From Myxococcota bacterium (lineage in GTDB: Bacteria > Myxococcota_A > UBA796 > CAJQPC01): DNA of 63,661 nt. The DNA is taken from contig JAZAMN010000019.1 in NCBI GenBank assembly GCA_036229005.1, forward strand, positions 1-63,661. Direction: 5' to 3'. How positions within the stretch are numbered: position 1 is the first letter of the stretch; each line of letters starts with the position of its first letter. Below are positions 40,235 through 50,700 of the stretch, piece after piece. The notes beneath the pieces were generated by a model. That model searched no databases. It was not told the origin of the DNA and saw only the letters and a program-made list of their open reading frames with translations. A program made the translations under genes and the position numbers.

Positions 40235-41275
40235 ATGCTCACCCCCCTGGACATCGCCCTGTGGGCCTCCGCGATCCTCCTCCTCCTGGCCAGCCTCTGG
40301 TGGGCGCGTCCGCGGCCCGTCGAGCTCGACTGGGAGCGCTTCTTCAAGCTCAGCCTGGTGACTCTGCTCCGCGGCCCCATCGAGTCCCGGGAGGGCAGCG
40401 CCGAGGAGTGGCTCGCGCTGGGGCGAGCGCGCGTCTGGTTCAACCCCGCCGGCCGGGATCCCTTCACCAAGCTCACGGATCCCCAGCCCGATCGTCTGCC
40501 CGTCCCCGCGCTCCCTGGCGAGCGCTCGCTCACTGAGCGCCTGGCTGCCGTCTCCATCACTGAGCGTGCCGGCGTGCTCTACGGCGAAGGCGCGGACGAG
40601 TCCCTGTACGAGGACCCCCAGAGCCTGGGCCCAGATTGGGATCTGCGGCGCTACCTTGGGGCCGGTCTGGATTGGGATGTCCTCGCCGATGCCACAGAGC
40701 CGCTCAGGGTGGCCTTGGGGAGGAAAGCGGAGTCGGTGGTGTGGGTCAGTCTGTCCCTCACCGATCTCCACCTCTCCCTCTCCGAGCTCCTCCCACGCTG
40801 TGTCCTCCTCGACGAGGACATCCTCAGTCAGGCCGAGCCTGAGGCCCTGGCCACCGAGATCGACGCGGCGGGCCCAGGGGCCGCCGACCGCTTCATCCTG
40901 ATGGCCGCAGGGGAGCACGTGGGCGCTCTGCTGCGCTGCCTGGAGGCCTACGATGGCCTTCGGGATCGGGTGCTCGCGGTCGTGGTGCTGGACCCTCACC
41001 TGGCCCAAGAGCAGGACTGGCTGGCCGAGCACTTCACCCACAAGCGCTTCGACACCGAGCTCTCCCGGCCGACGGGGTGGTTCCAGCTCCGCTTCCTGCG
41101 CGGTGACACCCTGGACCCCGGCCTCCCGGAGCCGCCTGAGCTGGAAACGGGGCGGGAGGGCGTCGAGCGCGTCGACCTGGGCTTGTTGCCGGGCACGCTG
41201 AGCGACCAGGACCCCCAGTGGCTCGCCCGCGCGCTGGCTGTCACGGTGCTCGCGTGGGTGGGGAGCCGGGGATAA
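40235..41275 (+). CDS. Hypothetical protein with N-terminal membrane anchor
   Basis: N-terminal TM helix, protein-like composition, fills the gap before tcdA; C-terminal half loosely alpha/beta-hydrolase-like. Confidence 0.65.
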   Translation: MLTPLDIALWASAILLLLASLWWARPRPVELDWERFFKLSLVTLLRGPIESREGSAEEWLALGRARVWFNPAGRDPFTKLTDPQPDRLPVPALPGERSLTERLAAVSITERAGVLYGEGADESLYEDPQSLGPDWDLRRYLGAGLDWDVLADATEPLRVALGRKAESVVWVSLSLTDLHLSLSELLPRCVLLDEDILSQAEPEALATEIDAAGPGAADRFILMAAGEHVGALLRCLEAYDGLRDRVLAVVVLDPHLAQEQDWLAEHFTHKRFDTELSRPTGWFQLRFLRGDTLDPGLPEPPELETGREGVERVDLGLLPGTLSDQDPQWLARALAVTVLAWVGSRG

Positions 41276-41297
41276 GCGGCCCCTCCTTGGAGGCAGG

Positions 41298-42074
41298 ATG
41301 CACCCCTTTCACCGCACCGAGCTGATCGTCGGCCGTCGCGGCTTCGCGCGTCTGCAGCGCGCTTCCGTCCTGGTGGTCGGGCTCGGGGGCGTCGGCTCCT
41401 ACGCCGCGGAGGCCATCGCGCGCAGTGGCGTCGGACGGGTCGGGCTCGTGGACTTCGACGATGTCTGCGTGACCAACCTCAACCGGCAGCTTCACGCCTT
41501 CCGCCGCACCGTTGGGCTCCCCAAGAGCGAGCTGATGGAGCAGCGGGTCCGGGCCATCAACCCCAAGGCCCAAGTCCAGAGCTGGTACCGCTTCTACAAC
41601 CACGAGAGCTCGGCGGAGATCCTCGAGCCCGGCTGGGACTGGGTGATCGACTGTATCGACAACGTCACCGCCAAGCTGCACCTCTTGGAGACTTGCGCCA
41701 ACAGCGAGATCCCCGTCGTCGCGTCCATGGGCGCGGGCTCCAAACTCGACCCCACCCGCGTGCGCGTGAACCGCTTGGACAAGACCAAGAACGACCCGCT
41801 GGCGCGAATCGTGCGCAAGAAGCTCCGCCAACGCGGCGTCGACATCAAGCGCATCCAGGCGGTCTGGTCCGATGAGCCCCCCGTGGAGCTCGACAACGAC
41901 GTGGCCGACGCCTTCCGCTGCGTGTGCCCGGGCGGCGACAACGACGTGCACTCCTGCGAGTCCCGGAACGTGGTCCAGGGCACCGTCTCCTTCCTGCCCA
42001 GCGTGTTCGGGCTGATGGCCGCCGGGACCGTCGTCAACGCCCTCATCGAGCGGCCGATCGGTGGTGCCGCGTGA
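41298..42074 (+). CDS. tcdA: ThiF/E1-family tRNA threonylcarbamoyladenosine dehydratase
   Basis: GLGGVGS, VDFD.V..TNLNRQ, DCID...AK, SMGAG.K.DPT, DPLAR.VRKKLR. Confidence 0.9.
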   Translation: MHPFHRTELIVGRRGFARLQRASVLVVGLGGVGSYAAEAIARSGVGRVGLVDFDDVCVTNLNRQLHAFRRTVGLPKSELMEQRVRAINPKAQVQSWYRFYNHESSAEILEPGWDWVIDCIDNVTAKLHLLETCANSEIPVVASMGAGSKLDPTRVRVNRLDKTKNDPLARIVRKKLRQRGVDIKRIQAVWSDEPPVELDNDVADAFRCVCPGGDNDVHSCESRNVVQGTVSFLPSVFGLMAAGTVVNALIERPIGGAA

Positions 42075-43231
42075 GCTTCGGTCGGGGAGTTCGGGCGCGC
42101 TTCTCCCTGCGAGAGGACGTCCACTTCCTGAACCACGGCAGCTTCGGGGCCACCCCCCGGTCGGTACAGGCGGCGCAGATCCGCTGGATGCAGGCGCTGG
42201 AGTCCGAGCCGGTGGACTTCATCGTGCGGCGCCTGCCGGAGCTTTTGGTGCAGGCCCGAGCGGTGGTCGGGGAGCTGGTCGGCGCCAGGGGAGGGGACCT
42301 GGCCTTCGTCGACAACGCCAGCAGCGGCGTGAACGCGGTGCTCCGCTCGCAGCGCTTCCAGCCCGGGGATCGGCTCGTCACCCTCAGCCACGTGTACCCC
42401 GCCGTCCGGAACACCCTGAGCTGGGTCGCGGAGCGCTCGGGCGCCCACGTCGTCGAAGTCCCGCTCCCCTGCCCGGTTGTCGATGACGCCTGGCTGGAGG
42501 ACCTGGGGGTGGCCCTTCGAGGGGCGCGCTTCGCCGTCCTGGACCACGTGACCTCGGCTTCGGGGCTGGTGCTCCCCATCCGGCGCATGGTCCAGCTCGC
42601 CCGCGAGAGTGGTGTGCCCGTGTTGGTGGACGGCGCACACGCCCCTGGCCTCCTCCCCCTGAAGGTCCAGGAGATCGGCGCGGACTTCTACACCGGCAAC
42701 CTCCACAAGTGGCTGTGCGCCCCCAAGGGCTGCGCGTTTCTGTGGGCCAGTCCCAGCGCGCGCCAGGGCCTCCAACCCACCACCATCTCCCACTGGTGGA
42801 GGGAGGGCTTCCCCCAGAACTTCGACCAGATCGGCACGCGGGATCCCGCCGCCTGGCTCGCCGTGCACGCCGTCCGGGAGTTCTGGGAGTCGATAGGGGG
42901 GCTGGACGCCGCGCGGGCCCACAACAACGCCCTCTGCCGGGCGCAGGCCGATCTGCTCTGTGAGCGCTTTGGGCTGATCCCCGCTGGGCCGCCCTCCATG
43001 CGCGCCGCCATGTGCTCGATGCAGCTCCCGCCGATGGCCTTCCCGCCCACCGTGGAGGGCGCGATGCAGCTCAACCGGGTCCTCTTTGAGGAGGATCGGG
43101 TGGAGGTCCCCATCGTGGCTCACCAAGGCGCATTGTTCCTGCGGATCAGCGCGCAGATCTACAACACCAGCGAGGACTACCTGGCCCTCGCTGCCGCCCT
43201 GAACCGGCTCGTCCATGCCTCCGCTGAGTGA
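42071..43231 (+). CDS. PLP-dependent class V aminotransferase-fold enzyme (isopenicillin N epimerase/C-S lyase-like)
   Basis: FLNHGSFGA, VDGAHAPG, GNLHKWLCAPKG, GTRD, RISAQIYN; GTGA overlap with tcdA. Confidence 0.9.
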   Translation: MSFGRGVRARFSLREDVHFLNHGSFGATPRSVQAAQIRWMQALESEPVDFIVRRLPELLVQARAVVGELVGARGGDLAFVDNASSGVNAVLRSQRFQPGDRLVTLSHVYPAVRNTLSWVAERSGAHVVEVPLPCPVVDDAWLEDLGVALRGARFAVLDHVTSASGLVLPIRRMVQLARESGVPVLVDGAHAPGLLPLKVQEIGADFYTGNLHKWLCAPKGCAFLWASPSARQGLQPTTISHWWREGFPQNFDQIGTRDPAAWLAVHAVREFWESIGGLDAARAHNNALCRAQADLLCERFGLIPAGPPSMRAAMCSMQLPPMAFPPTVEGAMQLNRVLFEEDRVEVPIVAHQGALFLRISAQIYNTSEDYLALAAALNRLVHASAE

Positions 43232-43499
43232 CTCCAAGCTCCCGCTCCGGGACGTCCTGGCCCTCGACCGCACCCGCCTCGCCAACGATCGCACCCTGCT
43301 GTCCTGGCTGCGTACCGCCATGATGCTCCTGGTCTCCGGGGTGACCATGATCAAGCTCTTCGCCGACTCCCCGGCGCTGATGGTCTTCGGGGGAGCCCTC
43401 ATCCCGGTGGCCTTCGTGGTCGCTGGCATCGGCATCCGGCGCTTCTCGAACACCCGGCGGGAGATCCAGGCCGCCCTCGATGTGGAGCGGGGCCCTTGA
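43215..43499 (+). CDS. DUF202/YidH-family membrane protein
   Basis: LALDRTRLANDRTLLSWLRTA plus two TM helices. Confidence 0.88.
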   Translation: MPPLSDSKLPLRDVLALDRTRLANDRTLLSWLRTAMMLLVSGVTMIKLFADSPALMVFGGALIPVAFVVAGIGIRRFSNTRREIQAALDVERGP

Positions 43500-43568
43500 A
43501 GGATCCGGGCTCGGGGTGAATGAAGACGCGGCGGCTCCGTCTGTGCCTCCAAGCAACCAGGAGAACCC

Positions 43569-44654
43569 ATGTCCCTCATCGCCCTCGCGCTGCTCATTGG
43601 CTGTGACAACCTGGGCAGGAACCGCCCGGGTGACGAGCCCGTCGACGACTCCGGCCTGGAGGTCCTGGCCGTGGATGCTGTCCAGCCGAGCTACCTGACC
43701 ACGCTGGGCGGGCAGGTCGAGATCCTGGGCGGGCCCTTCGATGGAAGCGCACAGGTCACTCTGGACGCAGTCGAGGCCACGGTCCTGTCCGCCGAGGAGG
43801 ACCGCCTGCTGGTCGAGGTCCCCGCGCTCTCCGCCGGTTGGGTCGACGTGCGCGTGCAGACCGACTTCGGCCAAGGCGAGCTCGAGCGGGGCCTGCAGGT
43901 CTTCGAGGACGCCACGGGCCTGGCCGGGAGCTTGGGCGCGATCGAGTGGTACGAGCTGCAGGGGAGCTACTGGACCAACGACAGTCAGGACTTCGGGACC
44001 GCCTGGTTTGGCCTCATCGAGCCAGAGGAGGTGCACTGGTGGGACATCTTCGGGGTCGAGACCGACGACTGCACCGCTGACCCCAGCTTCCCCTCGCTCA
44101 AGCTGTGGGATCTGGGCGCAAGCGAGGTCACGCTGGCTGCGGACGGTGTGGAGCTCGAGCTTCAGGGCGCCTCCGACCGCATCTACGACGCAGCGCTGAG
44201 CAGCCAGCAGTACCTCGACTGGGCCGACTACTCCCTGCAGACTGTGGTGGGGAGCGAACTCCCGGAGTTTGGGATCGAGCGTGTCGGCGCCACCCCTGGC
44301 TCCTTCCAGCTCTTCACCCCTGCCGTCTACAGTGACGCTCCCCCCGTGCTCCGGAAGAACGAGCTGACCTTTGAGTGGGGAGAGGTCGAGGCGGAGCGGG
44401 TCATCGTGATGGCTGAGCGCCGATCTGGCGAGGACGTGGAGGAGATCCTGGAGACCGTGGCCTGCGTGGCGGAGAACGACGGGAGCTTCCAGATCCCCGG
44501 CTCCACCTGGCAGCAGGGCTGGGATTCGGACGACTGGCTCTACCTCTACGTCGGCGCGGTGCGCGAGGACGGGGGGACGATCCCCCTCAACAACGCGGAC
44601 TCCCGGGTGGCCGGTGTCTATTGGCTGCTGGGCGCGGCGACGACGAGCAAGTAG
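43569..44654 (+). CDS. Lipoprotein with IPT/TIG domain
   Basis: Signal MSLIALALLIGC; AVQP....GG.V.I.G..F IPT pattern; AGGAG RBS. Confidence 0.75.
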   Translation: MSLIALALLIGCDNLGRNRPGDEPVDDSGLEVLAVDAVQPSYLTTLGGQVEILGGPFDGSAQVTLDAVEATVLSAEEDRLLVEVPALSAGWVDVRVQTDFGQGELERGLQVFEDATGLAGSLGAIEWYELQGSYWTNDSQDFGTAWFGLIEPEEVHWWDIFGVETDDCTADPSFPSLKLWDLGASEVTLAADGVELELQGASDRIYDAALSSQQYLDWADYSLQTVVGSELPEFGIERVGATPGSFQLFTPAVYSDAPPVLRKNELTFEWGEVEAERVIVMAERRSGEDVEEILETVACVAENDGSFQIPGSTWQQGWDSDDWLYLYVGAVREDGGTIPLNNADSRVAGVYWLLGAATTSK

Positions 44655-44795
44655 CGCCCCTGACACTCTTGCGTCCCGGGATCTCCCTGGGGGGAGCGGG
44701 AGAGTTCCTGCTATGCTTTCGCCGGAGTCTTCCGTGGCTGGGAGGGCTCTGCGCGGAGGCTCTCTGGCCTCTGTGTGGCACCGAGGAGGCCTGGA

Positions 44796-47700
44796 ATGGC
44801 AGATCGCAAGGTTCTCAAGCTTGTTGGCGGCACTCTGGTCGGAGCGGGGGTGCTGGGCGCCGCTGCAGTGGTCTACGCCGCCGCAGGTGCGGCCATCACG
44901 AGTGACGGTAGCGGCGGAGCGGCGTTCGAGGACTCGACTCTGACCTGTACGGTCGAGCCGGCCTCCGGTCAGGCGGTCACGAGCATCAACTGGTACGACA
45001 GCGATCCCGCCTCTGGCTCCCCGACGCCGATCCAGACCACCGCGTTCAGCTCCGCAGCCGACACCGTCGAGACCGACACGCTGGACATCAGCGCGTTCCA
45101 GACCAGCCCGGACCTGGACAGCGGGGACACGGTCTACTGTCGGGGCGTCGATGATGGCCCCAACAACCACGACGCCAGCATCGCGATCAGCAACTCTGCC
45201 CCGGTCGCTGCCACACCCGGGCTGTCCAGCGCCAGCAACTACGTCCAGGACATCTTCACCTGCGCGCCCTCCGCGACGGACATCAACGAAGACGACAGCC
45301 TCACCCACACCTACGCCTGGTACGTCGGGACGACCAGCACCTTCGGCTCGGCGACGCTGGGGACGGGGAGCAGCGCGGCTTTGAGCGCAGCGAGCGTGGG
45401 CGCATCCAAGGGGGACTACATCTTCTGCCAGGCCACGACCTCGGACGGCACGGCGTCGGACTCCGCGGAGTCTGCCGGGATCTTGGTGGTGAACACGCCC
45501 CCAGAGGTGTCCGCTGTCACCGCCACCGACACCGGCGGTGCCGACGGTACGGCCACCTGCAGTTGGACCTATGCGGACGATGACAGCGATGGCCAGACCA
45601 GCGCCTCCGTGGAGTGGTTCTACAAGGCCACCAGTGGCGCCTCCTACAGCGTGACGCCGGACCACACGAGCACGGTCTCCGGCACCGCGACCTCGGACAC
45701 GATCGACCTCTCGTCCACCACGGGTGGCGACATCAATGGCGTCGTCAAGGGTGGCCAGCTCATGTGCGAGGTCACTGTCAACGATGGCACTGACGACTCA
45801 GCGGTAGGGAGCTCGGGCGACACCACGGTAGACAACACCGCTCCGACCGTCAGCGGGGTGGGGGTCACGGGCACCTCTCCGGGAGTGGGGGACACCATCA
45901 CCTGCTCCTGGAGCTACGCGGACGGTGACTCCGACGCCCAGGTCAGCGCTTCCGTGGACTGGTTCTACAACTCCACCTCCGGCACCGTCTTCTCGGGCTC
46001 GTCGACCACTCAGAGCGTCTCCGGGGCATCGACCTCCAAGACCACCACCCCTACGGCCATCGGCGCATCCGAGGGGGACTTCATCGGCTGCGAGGTCACC
46101 GTCAATGACGGCACGGACAACTCTGCGTCCGCCAATGGCGGCGCGCTGGAGGTCCAGAACACGCTGCCCAGTGCCAGCGGCGTCTCGGTGGGGCCTGCCA
46201 GCTCCACGGTCGCTGACACCCTGACCTGCAACTACGTCCTGACGGACCCTGACACCTCGGATCCGGACAACTCCACCTTTGTGTGGAAGGTGGCTGGCAG
46301 CGCCGTCGCCGGTGAGACCTCGTCGACGGCCCTGGCCTCTGCGCTGCAGGCGGCGCCGACCTCAGGTGGCGAAGCCATCACCTGTGAGGTGACCCCCACC
46401 GACGACGACGGTGCTGGAACGACCGTCGCCTCCGGCAGCTTCTACCTGGACAACACCGACCCCATCATCACGGGCCCCAACCTCTCGGCCACGACCGTGA
46501 CCAGTGGCTCCACGCTCACCTGCTCGGCGACCATCCAGGAGACCGACTACGAGAGCTGGAGCTGGGCGATGAGCTGGGTGGATGGCTCGGGCTCCACGAT
46601 CTCGGGAACCTCCGGGACCAGTGGGTCCAAGACCTCCGCAGCCACCGTGCCGGATACGACGGCCAAGATCACCGCCAACGTGAACGCGTCAAACCCCGTC
46701 TACGTCTGCAAGCTGACGGTGACGGATATCGGCGGTTCGACGAACCAGAGCGCTTCGGCGAGCTTCAGCAACACCGCCCCTGTCGCCTCCTCCGTGGCGC
46801 TGAGCAGCACGGCTCCCCAGGTGGACGACACCGTCACCTGTTCCTGGACCTACACGGACGCGGACAGCGACAACGAGGGCGCGAGCGAGGTCGCCTGGAA
46901 GGTGAACGGGACCACCCAGGCCACCGACACTGCGTCGAGCGGCACCGCGACGGGCGGCAGCAACTCGGTCTCCCGCACCATGCGCAGCCTGCTCGCCGCG
47001 AAGGGGAGCAGTGTGACCTGCGAGGTCACGCCCAAGGACAGCAACGCGGCGTCCGGTTCCGCGGTGACCTCGTCTGCGGCGACCGTCCAGAACACGGCGC
47101 CGGTGGCCAGCAGTGTCGGGGTGAGCCCCACAGCCCCCGAGGTCAACGACAGCGTCTCCTGTACCTACACCTGGTCTGACGCGGACGACTTCGGGACTGC
47201 GGACACGGACTCCGGGACGACCTTCAAGTGGTACGTGAACGGTGGCCTGGTCACCAGCGCCACCTCGCAGACCGCGACGGCAGCCGGCCTGGGTACGGAC
47301 TACGGGACCGGCTCCAACACCCTGAGCTGTGAAGTCACGCCCAGCGACGGCTCGCTCTCTGGCACCGCTGTCGGTGCCTCCACCACCGCGACCGTCGCCA
47401 ACACGGATCCGGTCGCGACCGCGGCCATCACCTCGGGAACCTACGCCACCGGCGACACCGTGCCGTGCAGCGTGTCCGGCCAGGATGACAACGCCCAGGT
47501 GGTCAGCGGCGTGGTCGAGTGGTTCGTCGGTGGCTCCTCCACCGCATCGCAGACCTCGACCCTGCTCAACTTCACCGGCGGCCCGACCACCTCGGCGACT
47601 GCGTCGAGCGACAGCTATGTCATCCAGCCCTCCGATGCGGGCCAGTCCATCGTCTGCAAGGTGACCTACACCGACGCCGCCGGGGCGACCGGCACTGCGC

Positions 47701-50700
47701 AGGACAGCGTGTCTGCGGCCAACTCCGCGCCCGTCATCTCCGGTATCGGCATCAGCCCCTCCACGGCTGCCACCGGTGACACCCTGACCTGCACGGCCAG
47801 CGTCACCGAGTCCGACAGCGACTCGGTCAGTGTCAACGTCAACTGGACCTCCGGGAGCACGGGCGGCACGGTCCTCTCCAGCAGCAGCAGCAGCTTCACG
47901 GGGCCGGCCACCGACAGCGTCTCGGACACCTACACGCTGCTCGGGACCGACGTCGAGACCGATGTGTACTGCGTGGTCACGGCCAACGACGGCACGGACT
48001 CCGACACCGCCAACACCTTCGTGCACAGCGACAACACCACGCCTACCCTGAGCGCCGTGGTGTCCTCTGGTGGCACCTCCACCGGCTCGGTCCTCACCTG
48101 CACGGGGACGGTGACCGACCCGGACTCCCAGACCCTGAGCTGGACCAGCGAGTGGCGGCGGGGCAGCGCGACCGGCAACCTTCGGAGCTCCGGTTCGGGG
48201 ACGCTCTCCGCTCCGGCAACCGGCAGCACCTTCTCGGACACCTACACCCTGACGGCCTCGGACGTCGCCAGCGGGCAGGACATCTACTGCGTGCTGGAGA
48301 TCCAGGACGACGAGGGGGCGACGGCATCCGACACCTCCATTGTCTCGCCGACGGCCACGGTGCCGCAGCTCACCTCGGGACCGACCCTCTCCCCCAGCTC
48401 GCCCAAGGTCGATGAGATCCTGACCTGCACGGCCGTCGCAGAGGACGTGGACGAGCAGCAGATCACGCTCACCTACACCTGGAACGTCACCCGGGTGAAC
48501 ACCCTCTCCGCAGCGAACTTCTCCACCTCCTCAACCCTGGTTGGTGGTGCTGGCGCGTCCTCCTTCGGCGGGTCCAAGACCCTGAACCTGTCAACGGGCA
48601 ACGACTTCTCCAAGAATGACATTGTCCAGTGCACGGCTCAGCCTCAGGATGCAGGCGGGGCGGGGTCTGCGGCCAGCGCTTCGGTGACCCTGGCCAACAC
48701 CCTGCCGGTCCTGTCGGCTGCCGCGGAGTCCTCCTCTGACGGCACGAGCACCTACTTCGACAGCATCGTCACGATGTCCTACAACCTCAGCGACTGGGAC
48801 GACGTTGATCTGGACTCCCCGCACCTCGTGGACCAGCGGCTCTTTGGCTACGAAGTGCTCAACGGAGGCACCTCGCTCTCCAGTTCCACGACGACCGCGA
48901 CCTCCGCCACCATCGATCTGAGCAGCTACAGCGTCAGCAGGGGAGACACGCTCACCTTCTGCTACACGCCCAACGACAGCGTGGGGGACGGCACAGGCCC
49001 CTCCTGCAGCAACATCACGGTGGACAACAAGCCGCCCGCTGCTCCCAACATCGAGATCGACTGGTTGGCCAACGCTGCGGGCGGTGGCACCAAGGGAGCC
49101 ACGGCTCCCCGTCCGGCAAAGGACGACCTGATCTGCCAGCCCCTCAGCACCGAGCCGGTCGTGGACGACGACGGCGACAACCTCACTGCAGTGGTCGCCT
49201 GGTACCACGACGCCGACGGCAACGGGGTCTACGCAAACTCCGAGCTGGTCAGCAACCCCAACATCATCACCTACAGCCCAACCTCTGGGTGGACGGGGAG
49301 CATCTCCGACAACGCGGTGGACGGCGTGAGTGAAGTCACCGTCGAGGGTGAGATCTACGCCTGTGAGCTCTACTACACCGACGGGACGGACGTCTCGGGG
49401 ACGGTGAGCACAAGCATCACCATCGGCACCGACTGCGACGTCGACAACGACGGCTTTGCGTCCACCTCGGGCACCTGTGGTGGTACGGACTGCAACGACG
49501 GTGACCCGGCCATCTTCCCGGGGGCAGCGGAGATCGTCGGCGACACCATCGATCAGGACTGTGACAGCGTCGACGAGTGCTACCTGGACAACGACGGCGA
49601 CGGCTACGCCGGCTCCGCGTCGGTGACCAAGCCTGGCGTGGATCTGGCCTGCTCGGGGCCCTACGAGACCAACGACGTAAGCGTGCTGGACTGCGACGAC
49701 GACGCCTTCCTGGCACTGCCGGGTGGCACCGAGATCTGCGACGGGCTGGACAACGACTGCGTGGACGGCGTCCCGGATGACGAGATCGATCAGGACGGCG
49801 ACTTCTACGTCGAGTGCGGCGAGGCCTCCGTCGATTGTGAGGACTGGGCTGCCGTCGACTCGATGAACGGAGCTTGGACCAGCACCTGGAACAAGACCGA
49901 CAGCAGCGGCGGGATGGTGGATGCCAACGGCAACGTCATCCTGGGTGGTTGCGACTGCAACGACAACCCCGCTGATGCTGACGCATCGAAGCAGTCTCCG
50001 GGACTGGTGGAGGAGTGTGAGCTCGGCGGCGTCACCCAGATCGACAGCGACTGTGACGGTGACCCCAACACCGACAGCGGCGTCGCTGTGTCTGACGGTG
50101 ACGAGTACTTCCGTGATGCGGACGGTGATGGCTTCGGTGACGCAACTGACTCTGCAGAGTTCTGCGTTCTGCCGTCCGGCTACGCCACCAACAGCATGGA
50201 CTGCGATGACCGCGACTCGCTGGTCAACCCCAAGGCCGCAGAGTCCTGCAACGGACGCGACGACGACTGCGACGGCTCAGTCGACAACAACGACTACGAC
50301 TCGTTGGACGAAAACTCCGGTTGTCTGGACCTCTACCTGGACAACGACAAGGATGGCTACGCCGACGTCGAGAACACGATCTGCCTCTGCTCCACTGGAG
50401 AGGACTCCGGCGTGGAGGACGTCATCCAGGTCACCCTCGGCTCCGACCGCTACATCTCCCGGATCGGCGACTGCTGGGACTACGACCCCGACATCTACCC
50501 GGATTCGGGCGACAACATCGACCTGATCGACCGCTGGGCCAGCGACCCGGTCGGCTACAACGCTGACTTCGACTCTGAAGGCATCGCCCGCACCGAGGTC
50601 ATGGATGGCCACGACAACAACTGCGATGGCTTGATCCCGCTCATCGAGCTGGACTGTGACGGCGACGGCTCCTTCGCGATGCTGCCCACCGACGACGCCC

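Noticed and set aside
38070..40361. 763-aa plus-strand ORF with QAL repeats
   Set aside because: Antisense read of the (NAC)n peptides and cytochrome; the minus-strand frames have RBS, lipobox, hairpins and heme motifs.
44776..44790. TGGCAC-N-GC sigma-54-like match before the giant gene
   Set aside because: Lacks the TTGC element, overlaps the RBS, and its +1 would fall after the ATG.
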